Shown here: piece after piece, positions 56,853 to 64,000 of the stretch
Position numbering within the stretch: the stretch's first letter is position 1
Layout: each line of letters begins with the position of its first letter
Origin: Candidatus Latescibacterota bacterium
GTDB taxonomy: Bacteria; Latescibacterota; UBA2968
Assembly: GCA_965207885.1 (NCBI GenBank)
Contig: OZ242311.1
Span: 928,001 to 992,000, forward strand
Direction: 5' to 3'
Length of the DNA: 64,000 bases
Program-made: the position numbers and the translations under genes
Notes under the pieces: generated by a model
Seen by the model: only the letters and a program-made list of their open reading frames with translations
Database searches by the model: none
What the model was told of the DNA's origin: nothing

Positions 56853-58247
56853 ATGACCCTTGAGTACATCACATCTCTAATTGCAACTGGCGAGTCTGAG
56901 ACGCTGGAGTTCAAGCAGACGGCAGGAAGACGCCGCGAGGCTACTCAAACCATGTGTGCTATGCTCAATCACCGGGGAGGGCACGTCCTGTTTGGCGTTA
57001 CGCCGGAAGGAAATGTGACTGGCCAGCAGGTGAGTGATCGTACGGTTGAGGAGGTGAGTGAGGAGATCCAGAGGCTCGACCCGCCAGCCTTTCCCACAAT
57101 TGAGCGGGTTCCTGTAGAAGAAGGTCGGGAGGTGATTATGGTGAGCGTTAGTCAAGGTCAGATGAAGCCTTATAGCTACAAAGGCGTTGCCTATCGCCGG
57201 GTTGGAAATACCAATTTGAGTATGTCGCGCGACGAGTACAATCAAATGTTGTTCGAACGGATGCACAGCGAGCAGCGTTGGGAGAATCAGCCTGCCCCTG
57301 GCTGGTCAGTTGACGATCTCGACATAGCTGAGATCCATCGCTTGGTTGATGAAGCAATCCGCCGAGGACGCGCCGAGGATCCGGGGACACGCGAGCCAGA
57401 GGCATTGTTGCGAGGTCTTGGGTTAATCAAAGACGGCGCACTATTGCGTGCCGCGGTCGTGCTATTTGGAACTACCGAACGGATTGAGGCTGAGATGCCT
57501 CAGTGCCTGCTCCGGGTTGCTCGTTTTCGTGGCGTTGATCGCACGGATTTTCTCGACAACCGACAGTTTCGCGGCAACGCTTTCACCTTGCTTACAAGGG
57601 CAGAGCGTTTTATGATCGAAAATTTACCTATAGCCGGGCGCATCATCCCAAATCTCTTCGAGCGGGTAGATGAGCCGCTCTATCCGCCAGTCGCGCTACG
57701 CGAGGCATTGGCGAACGCACTATGCCATCGGGATTACTCAATCGGCGGTGGCTCGGTGGCCGTGGCGATATACGACGACCGCCTCGAGGTGACTTCGTCC
57801 GGTTCGCTGCATTTTGGGTTGACTGCGGAGAAATTGTTTGAGACGCACGAGTCGCTGCCCTGGAATCCCTTGATCGCTGGTGTATTCTACCGACGGGGCA
57901 TTATTGAGCAATGGGGACGCGGTACTATCAAGATGGCGGAACTGACGACATCTGCCGGTTTGCCGCAGCCTGAGATTGAGGATGTGTCCGGTTGTGTGAC
58001 GGTGCGCTTTCGCCCCAGCCAATATGTACCCCCCCAGCGCGTGGGACGAGATTTGACCGAGCGGCAACAGGCGATTCTCGCTATGCTGGATCCGGCAGGA
58101 CAGGGTCTGGCACTGCGCGAGATATACGCCCAGATGAAGTTGCAGGCCACCGAGCGGCAGGTGCGTGAAGACTTGGCTATTCTTAAGATGCTCGGGCTGG
58201 CTGTACCTACAGGCCGTGGGCGAGGAGCAAGGTGGAATCGTTTGTAA
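56853..58247 (+). CDS. Schlafen/AlbA_2 domain + HATPase_c_4 (RecG-C-like) + wHTH protein
   Basis: GESETLEFK, CAMLNHRGGHVLFGV, ALREALANALCHRDY, NPLIAGVF..IEQWGRG, GRGRGARW. Confidence 0.85.
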   Translation: MTLEYITSLIATGESETLEFKQTAGRRREATQTMCAMLNHRGGHVLFGVTPEGNVTGQQVSDRTVEEVSEEIQRLDPPAFPTIERVPVEEGREVIMVSVSQGQMKPYSYKGVAYRRVGNTNLSMSRDEYNQMLFERMHSEQRWENQPAPGWSVDDLDIAEIHRLVDEAIRRGRAEDPGTREPEALLRGLGLIKDGALLRAAVVLFGTTERIEAEMPQCLLRVARFRGVDRTDFLDNRQFRGNAFTLLTRAERFMIENLPIAGRIIPNLFERVDEPLYPPVALREALANALCHRDYSIGGGSVAVAIYDDRLEVTSSGSLHFGLTAEKLFETHESLPWNPLIAGVFYRRGIIEQWGRGTIKMAELTTSAGLPQPEIEDVSGCVTVRFRPSQYVPPQRVGRDLTERQQAILAMLDPAGQGLALREIYAQMKLQATERQVREDLAILKMLGLAVPTGRGRGARWNRL

Positions 58248-58327
58248 CTTGAGATGTTGGCTCAAGTCTGGCTCATTAAGGGCTTATTCTCAAACTTTCT
58301 GATGAAACTACTTGTAAATAAAAGGTT

Positions 58328-58366
58328 TGGCTAATTCTGGCTAATTCTGGCTAATTCTGGCTAATT
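58328..58366. repeat. 10-bp tandem repeat (TGGCTAATTC), nearly 4 copies
   Basis: tggctaattc tggctaattc tggctaattc tggctaatt; related tggctcaagtc tggctcatt at about 58258-58277. Confidence 0.85.
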
Positions 58367-58401
58367 AGAGGCTTATTTGAGGAAGGCAGGACGTGACACT
58401 C

Positions 58402-58430
58402 TTTTAACACTGTTGCGTCAGGTGTTAAAA
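58402..58430. other. Inverted repeat upstream of the helicase
   Basis: TTTTAACAC-11 nt-GTGTTAAAA. Confidence 0.5.
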
Positions 58431-58556
58431 TCAATGCCTCATACACCCTGCACATCGCTGTCAAAGATGCCAGAAATATCCCGAGAGGTAGTTTCAGGTA
58501 ATCTTCAACACCGCAGTTGCACACTAAATACATGATAGATCGAAAGGTATAAAGGT

Positions 58557-61178
58557 ATGTATGAAACGATTCGCAGTCTTCTCAACGACACTGAATTTTC
58601 AGTTATCGAGTCTTTTGAGATTCCTGGGCGGTCTGCCCAATACTCAAAAATTCCTCAGTTCTTGTTCGACTCTGAGATAGGCAACTATCTCAGCCAAGAA
58701 TATCGTGAACCCGGTTCGAAAACCCCCGGTCTATGGGCCCATCAAGCACAAGCTTTAGAAGCACTTGGAAACAGTGATAATGTTGTAATATCTACCGGAA
58801 CTGCGTCTGGTAAGAGCCTCGTGTTTCGTGCGCTCGCTCTGCACAAGGTACTTCTCGATCCTTTGAGCCGCGTGGTTGTCTTTTACCCTCTCAGAGCACT
58901 TGTCGCAGACCAACTTCGTGGATGGCGAGAAATGGCAGGAAAGGTCGGTCTTAATGAGAATATTGTTGGACAGATAGATGGCTCTGTGGATTTCAATGAG
59001 AGAGAAGATATATTACAACAGGCACGTATCGTCGTTATGACGCCCGATGTATGTCAGGCGTGGCTTATGCCGCGTTTGGCAATGCCTGTGGTCAGGAAAT
59101 TCATAAGTTCACTCTCAACTCTGGTCATGGATGAGGCGCATACATTAGAGGGGGTTTTTGGAAGCAACTTTGCATTTTTAATTCGACGAATACTTGCTGC
59201 ACGTAATCATCTGCTTGGTAACAAATCTAGATCTGAGAAGCTCCAACTCGTTGCAGCCACTGCTACGATCTCTAATCCCGGAGAACATCTGAAGCAACTT
59301 ACCGGCACAGAATTCACGGTCATTGACCATGAAGCTGATGGCGCGCCGCACTATAAGCGAATCGTGGCGCATATCGCGTGTCCAGAGGGAGAAGAACTCA
59401 AAATTGCTCAAGAATTGCAACAACGCGTACTTGTCAACGGATGTAAAGGGGCATTTATCACATTCATGGATTCCCGAAAAGGCGTCGAAACCTTGGCTAT
59501 GTCCACTCAGAATGAACTGGACGAACTTTTTGACGATCCGGCAATAGCTTCGTATCGCGGAGGGTTTACATCTGAAGCTCGGCAGCACATAGAAGAACAA
59601 TTAAGGTCGGGAAATTACCGTGGCGTTGTGTCAACATCCGCGCTTGAAATGGGAATTGACTTTCCCAATTTACGCGGAGGGTTCAATGTAGGTTTGCCTC
59701 CAACTCGTAAGGCGTACCGGCAGCGACTGGGACGAATTGGTCGCAGTGGACCGGGAGCATTTGTGGTGATTGGACCCTCCAATGCGTTTCGGCGATACGG
59801 CACATCTTTTCAGGAGTATCACAATATGTCGGTGGAGCCTTCTTACCTGTATCTTGACAATCGTTTCATGCAGTTTGCTCATGGGCGATGCCTCGCTGAT
59901 GAACGCGATGCACTTGCTGCTCCCACGAGCCTTCCGACTCATGTACGGTGGCCAAGCCATTTTAGAGATGTTTACTCAGCGGCCCGTCCCGGAGGGCGTC
60001 GCCCTCCCGAATTTGATGCCATCGCAGAGCTTGGAGGTGATACTCCGCAAAGGAATTATCCACTCCGCAATGTGGGTGAAGTGAATTTGCAGATAAAGCG
60101 CTATGAAAATACTGATAGTTTAGGTGATGTAACACAATCTCAAGCCTTGCGAGAGTGTTATCCGGGTGCCTCCTACTTCCACATGATGCAATCATATGAG
60201 GTTGCAGCTTGGCGCACTGCCACTATCAATTCATTTATCCAAGTAAAACCTGGAATACCAGGCCGTTCAACTCGCCCTCAAATCACAACATGGATTAAAA
60301 CTGGAATTACGGCAACGGAACTCATTGAAGGCCACTTGCTCAAGGGTGATAACGGTTTTCTAGCCGAATGTCAGATGCTTATCACTGAGCGAGTTAATGG
60401 ATATGTAGATGGAAGAACTGGCGACTCTTATCTGTACCGAGACCTTCAGCAACGTAATCCCAACATGAAGGCTCGCTCTCGGAATTTTCGCACTAGTGGA
60501 ATCGTGCTCTGTATAGAAAAAGACTGGTTCAAAAAGTTGGCTGTGAAACGGATGATTTCCGATGTGTTACGTGAAGTATTCGGACATGAATATAGCATTC
60601 TACCACAAGATATAGGTTCTGCAGCAACCAATATTTCGGTTCGAGATAGCGATGGCAAGGAATGGCAGGGTGGATGTGTGGCGGTGTTTGACGAGACCTA
60701 TGGCAGTCTGCGTCTTACCGAACAACTGTTTATTGAATTCAATCATATTCTCGAACGTTTGGCCATGGCTGCAAAGACCGATGCATCGCCAGAGGCAAAG
60801 AGCTTCCTACACATCATCACTAAAATTCAAAAGACGGTTTCCGGTTTTTCTTCCAGCAATCCCTTTGTATCAGGCCCAAAAGTCGAACTACATAGAGGTT
60901 ATGTGCAGGTATTTAAGAAAGATTCTCGTGTATGTTACAGGGAGAGTGGCTCCATTGCTGTCGATGTAGAGATTATCCAGCCGACTATCATGGATGGAGA
61001 ACTCAGGTATCAAGTGCGAACTCCACAAAGGATGGGACAGCCGCCTCTACTTCGTTGGGTTTCCGAATCGTCTGTTGAACCATCCGCAGATGCAGATGCT
61101 TGGGAATATGCTTGGTGGAACCGTGAAACAGAGACTTATGAAAATCCGCCAGACTACAATGAGGAATCGGAGTTTTAG
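58557..61178 (+). CDS. SF2 DEAH helicase, MrfA/SftH/Hrq1-like
   Basis: HQAQAL, TGTASGKS, YPLRALVADQ, DEAH...GVFGSN, ATATISNP, YRGG, STSALEMGID, QRLGRIGR. Confidence 0.88.
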   Translation: MYETIRSLLNDTEFSVIESFEIPGRSAQYSKIPQFLFDSEIGNYLSQEYREPGSKTPGLWAHQAQALEALGNSDNVVISTGTASGKSLVFRALALHKVLLDPLSRVVVFYPLRALVADQLRGWREMAGKVGLNENIVGQIDGSVDFNEREDILQQARIVVMTPDVCQAWLMPRLAMPVVRKFISSLSTLVMDEAHTLEGVFGSNFAFLIRRILAARNHLLGNKSRSEKLQLVAATATISNPGEHLKQLTGTEFTVIDHEADGAPHYKRIVAHIACPEGEELKIAQELQQRVLVNGCKGAFITFMDSRKGVETLAMSTQNELDELFDDPAIASYRGGFTSEARQHIEEQLRSGNYRGVVSTSALEMGIDFPNLRGGFNVGLPPTRKAYRQRLGRIGRSGPGAFVVIGPSNAFRRYGTSFQEYHNMSVEPSYLYLDNRFMQFAHGRCLADERDALAAPTSLPTHVRWPSHFRDVYSAARPGGRRPPEFDAIAELGGDTPQRNYPLRNVGEVNLQIKRYENTDSLGDVTQSQALRECYPGASYFHMMQSYEVAAWRTATINSFIQVKPGIPGRSTRPQITTWIKTGITATELIEGHLLKGDNGFLAECQMLITERVNGYVDGRTGDSYLYRDLQQRNPNMKARSRNFRTSGIVLCIEKDWFKKLAVKRMISDVLREVFGHEYSILPQDIGSAATNISVRDSDGKEWQGGCVAVFDETYGSLRLTEQLFIEFNHILERLAMAAKTDASPEAKSFLHIITKIQKTVSGFSSSNPFVSGPKVELHRGYVQVFKKDSRVCYRESGSIAVDVEIIQPTIMDGELRYQVRTPQRMGQPPLLRWVSESSVEPSADADAWEYAWWNRETETYENPPDYNEESEF

Positions 61179-61212
61179 TCGTTTTCAAGACACATTCCCC
61201 AAGGAGATAACC

Positions 61213-61617
61213 ATGTCAGATGTGTTGAGGTTTATCAGGCATGACGATGTGCAGGTGGAGGAATTGCCGTGGGGTCCGCACGAGTGGATCAGTCGGGAGG
61301 GGTTGACCGAGGCGGATCATTTGTTGCTGGTGCGGGTGACGATGCCGCCGGGCAAGGCGCACGCGTTTCATCGCCATCCGTGTATGGAAGAGATTATTTA
61401 TGTGATTGCGGGAACGGCGGAACAGTGGGTGGATAGGGATTCGCGAATTCTGGGTCCGGGAGATGCGGCGCATATTCCGATGGATATGGTGCATGGGACG
61501 TATAATGCCGGGGATGAGGATCTGGTTTTTCTGGCGATTTTGTCTCCCGCTAAGTTCGATGGTGAGGTGCTGGTCGATGTGTCGGGGGATGAACCGTGGA
61601 TCAATATGAGGGATTAG
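61213..61617 (+). CDS. Cupin domain protein
   Basis: HAFHRHPCMEEIIYVIAG, PGDAAHIPMDMVH; AAGGAG RBS. Confidence 0.87.
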   Translation: MSDVLRFIRHDDVQVEELPWGPHEWISREGLTEADHLLLVRVTMPPGKAHAFHRHPCMEEIIYVIAGTAEQWVDRDSRILGPGDAAHIPMDMVHGTYNAGDEDLVFLAILSPAKFDGEVLVDVSGDEPWINMRD

Positions 61618-61619
61618 AG

Positions 61620-63074
61620 ATGTCTAATACACGTCCGAATATTGTTTATATCCTCGCCGATGATATGGGCTATGGCGATGTGGGGTGCTATAATCCGCAG
61701 TCGAAGATCCCCACGCCGTATATGGATCGGTTGGCGCGCGAGGGGATGCGGTTTACAGATGCACATTCGCCTTCGGCTGTGTGTACGCCCACGCGATATG
61801 GGATTTTGACCGGGCGTTATTGCTGGCGCACAGAGTTGAAGGCCCATGTGTTGTTCAATTACGAATTGCCGTTGATTGAGCCTGAGCGTGTGACGGTGGC
61901 TTCTTTGTTGAAGAATTGTGGATATCACACGGGGTGTTTTGGCAAGTGGCATTTGGGTTTGGGTTGGGGGGTGAAGGATGGTGAGGTGTTTGATTTTGAT
62001 CAGCCCCTGCCGTGGCCGGGTGGATCACCCGATCCTGTGGAGGAAGATAAGATCGATTTTTCAAAGCCGATTGCGGGCGGACCGATTGAACTGGGGTTTG
62101 ACAGGTTTTACGGGACATCGGGTTGTTCGACGGCGCAACCGCCTTATTGTTTTATCGATCAGGATCAGACGGTGGGTATTCCGAGTGTGCAAAAGCCGGT
62201 TGAGATGGCGGGTGGTCGGCGCGGTTTGATGGTTCCGGATTGGGACCACAAGGAAGCGGATCCGGCTTTTACAGAGAAGGCAGTGGCGTATATTGAGGAG
62301 CGGGCAGGGGATGCGGATACGCCTTTTTTTCTCTATCTGGCGGCTTCTGCGCCGCACGAACCGTGTACGGTCGCGTGTGTGCCGGAGTTTTTGCGCGGTG
62401 CGAGTGAGGCGGGTCCCCGGGGAGATATGGTCGCGCTGGTTGACTGGATGGTGGGGCAGGTGATGGATGCTCTGGATCGCTGTGGGTTGGCGGATGATAC
62501 GCTGGTTATTGTGACGAGTGACAATGGGGCTTTGCCTGGCTGTAATGGTCGCACGTATGGTCACAAGTCCTGCGGTGATTGGCGCGGTTTTAAGGGGTTT
62601 ATCTGGGAGGGGGGGCACAGAGAGCCGTTTATCGCGCGCTGGCCGGGTGTTGTTGCGCCCAATTCGGTTTGCGATGCGCTGGTCGGGTTGCAGGATTTTA
62701 TGGCGACGGTGGCGGATATTGTGGGGGAGACGCTTCCAGAAGATGCGGGGGAAGATAGTGCGAGTTTTTTGCCCGCGTTGATGGGGGAGAACGAGTCTGT
62801 TCGGGATGATTTGATACACCATTCCTGCATGGGGGTGTTTTCGATTCGGCGAGGGGATTGGAAGTTGATTGTCGATTGTGATAATTCCGGAGATATGGGG
62901 CGCGGCGTGGATGGATGTGTGGGCACGGGTCCTGTGCCGGGGTCAAGGGGTCAGCTTTATCATATGGAAGATGATCCGTTTGAGTCGTATAATCAGTTTG
63001 GCAGAGAACCGGGTATTGTGCGCGAGTTCAGGGAGATGGTCGAGCGGTATATCGCTGATGGAAGGAGCGTGTGA
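61620..63074 (+). CDS. Arylsulfatase (ARS-like, Cys-type)
   Basis: ILADDMGYGD, CTPTRYGILTGRY, GKWHLG, TSDNG, WEGGHREP. Confidence 0.92.
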   Translation: MSNTRPNIVYILADDMGYGDVGCYNPQSKIPTPYMDRLAREGMRFTDAHSPSAVCTPTRYGILTGRYCWRTELKAHVLFNYELPLIEPERVTVASLLKNCGYHTGCFGKWHLGLGWGVKDGEVFDFDQPLPWPGGSPDPVEEDKIDFSKPIAGGPIELGFDRFYGTSGCSTAQPPYCFIDQDQTVGIPSVQKPVEMAGGRRGLMVPDWDHKEADPAFTEKAVAYIEERAGDADTPFFLYLAASAPHEPCTVACVPEFLRGASEAGPRGDMVALVDWMVGQVMDALDRCGLADDTLVIVTSDNGALPGCNGRTYGHKSCGDWRGFKGFIWEGGHREPFIARWPGVVAPNSVCDALVGLQDFMATVADIVGETLPEDAGEDSASFLPALMGENESVRDDLIHHSCMGVFSIRRGDWKLIVDCDNSGDMGRGVDGCVGTGPVPGSRGQLYHMEDDPFESYNQFGREPGIVREFREMVERYIADGRSV

Positions 63075-63850
63075 TGGCTTATTTGACGGTTGATGATAAA
63101 GAGGCGTTTCGAGAGAAGGGCTATGTGATTAAACGCGATGTGGTGACGCCCGAACAGATGGAAGCCGCGCGAGATGTGATTTGGGATCATTTGCCTGTGG
63201 ATCGCAATGATCCTTCTACGTGGGTTGGGAAAGAGGGGTCTCAGGGGATGGATGGTCATGCGGCGTTTCACGCGTTGGTTTACGATTCGCCGCTGTACAG
63301 TATGGTTGAAGAGTTGGCTGGTAAGGGGCGTTTGGCGCCTTTGCATCCACCAGTTACGTCGGCAAATTTGCGGTTTCCGCAGGGTGGGGAGTGGGAAGAA
63401 CCCAGGGGTAATCACATGGATGGGCACGGGCTTGGCAGCGGTGTTGTGAATAATTGGACGGTGGGTATTACGCTGTATCTCAATGATGTGAAGCCCCAGG
63501 GCGGGGGTACCTGCGTGTGGCCGGGGACGCATAAACACATGGCGGATTATTTTAAGACCCATTCGCGGGTGAGTCTGGGTAAGAAGTTTTACGATTTGCC
63601 GATTTACGAGGGCGAACCGCGTTCGACGAGGCCGCTGGAGATTCTCGATTGGGATGAGGAGGATTATGAGGAGATTTCTGGGCCAGCGGGGTCCGCGATG
63701 CTCTGGCACAGTCATTTGATTCACAGCGCGAGTATGAATTGTAGCGATGAGATTCGCATGGCAATTATTACGCGTTTTCGATGGACGAATTGGGATGATC
63801 TCAAGTTTGAAGATCCGGATGATATGTGGGCGTATTGGGAGGGGATGTAG
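63074..63850 (+). CDS. PhyH-family dioxygenase 8 (HxD)
   Basis: FREKGYVI, NHMDG, GGGTCVWPGTH, LIHSAS, IRMA. Confidence 0.85.
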   Translation: MAYLTVDDKEAFREKGYVIKRDVVTPEQMEAARDVIWDHLPVDRNDPSTWVGKEGSQGMDGHAAFHALVYDSPLYSMVEELAGKGRLAPLHPPVTSANLRFPQGGEWEEPRGNHMDGHGLGSGVVNNWTVGITLYLNDVKPQGGGTCVWPGTHKHMADYFKTHSRVSLGKKFYDLPIYEGEPRSTRPLEILDWDEEDYEEISGPAGSAMLWHSHLIHSASMNCSDEIRMAIITRFRWTNWDDLKFEDPDDMWAYWEGM

Positions 63851-63884
63851 AAGTGTGAAGTGTGAAGGAGGAAGTGGGAAGTAA
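63850..63884. repeat. Degenerate heptamer tandem repeat
   Basis: gaagtgt gaagtgt gaaggag gaagtgg gaagtaa. Confidence 0.6.
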
Positions 63885-63888
63885 GATT

Positions 63889-63920
63889 GTCATTGCGGCA
63901 TGCTTAAAGCCGCAATCCAG
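63889..63920. repeat. REP-like palindromic repeat, copy 3
   Basis: GTCATTGCGG-catgcttaaag-CCGCAATCCAG. Confidence 0.7.
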
Positions 63921-64000
63921 GGGATTTTTAGCTGATCGCTAAGAAGTGAGGAGGCTTATTTTGCGTTTGTGTTTTGATCCTGTTATGTGTCCAAAAGCTG

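Larger units (their letters stand above)
54570..61200. mobile_element. Putative horizontally acquired defence islet without integrase
   Basis: Three defence-type genes; the G+T skew of the flanks is lost; a decayed cupin 5' duplicate lies inside; interrupts the sulfatase/PhyH region. Confidence 0.55.

Noticed and set aside
58328-58366. CRISPR or mini-array
   Set aside because: Contiguous 10-mers without spacers.
54891-61178. DISARM, Druantia or Dnd/Ssp system
   Set aside because: No methylase, DrmB/C/D, DruA-D or dnd/ssp partner genes are present.
56715-61291. DGR template/variable repeat pair (cupin duplicate)
   Set aside because: Only about half of the mismatches have A in either copy, the repeat is at a gene 5' end, and there is no reverse transcriptase in the window.
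1-64000. tRNA, rRNA, IS transposase or integrase genes
   Set aside because: No cloverleaf/T-loop consensus in intergenic DNA and no DDE, HUH or tyrosine recombinase ORF recognised by eye; tRNAscan and ISEScan were not run.

Overview
Bacterial chromosomal window of roughly 50% GC. It resembles marine, often sponge-associated Latescibacterota/Gemmatimonadota/Poribacteria-type genomes; this is an inference from gene content (many PhyH dioxygenases and sulfatases, internalin-like LRR, FN3 and dockerin-like proteins). Left to right: partial SDR, aspC, a cohesin/dockerin-like LRR protein, higBA, rtcB, squalene genes hpnCDE, thrC, a sigma54 activator with a degenerate receiver, a long minus-strand envelope cluster (GT2, TonB/ExbB/ExbD, ECF sigma/anti-sigma, Spy-like, RND pump, RDD, FN3 lipoprotein), an ExeA-type ATPase, and a roughly 35 kb sulfated-glycan catabolic region. 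That region holds 8 PhyH-family Fe(II)/2OG enzymes, 7 sulfatases, GH117, GH127 and a GH82-like enzyme, a tusA-dsrE-tusA::metE-core module, and an inserted putative defence islet (GmrSD, Schlafen/AlbA_2 protein, MrfA-like helicase). The best candidates for new biology are: (1) four clustered Fe/2OG enzymes with a halogenase-like HxG motif and a co-varying acidic residue, next to a carrageenan-type locus; (2) the TusA-DsrE-TusA::MetE sulfur-relay module; (3) an integrase-less defence islet bounded by a decayed duplicate of the cupin 5' end; (4) a duplicated rtcB promoter pointing into a structured non-coding tract. I saw no tRNA, rRNA, CRISPR array or intact transposase/integrase. All family calls come from motif recognition by eye, not database searches.
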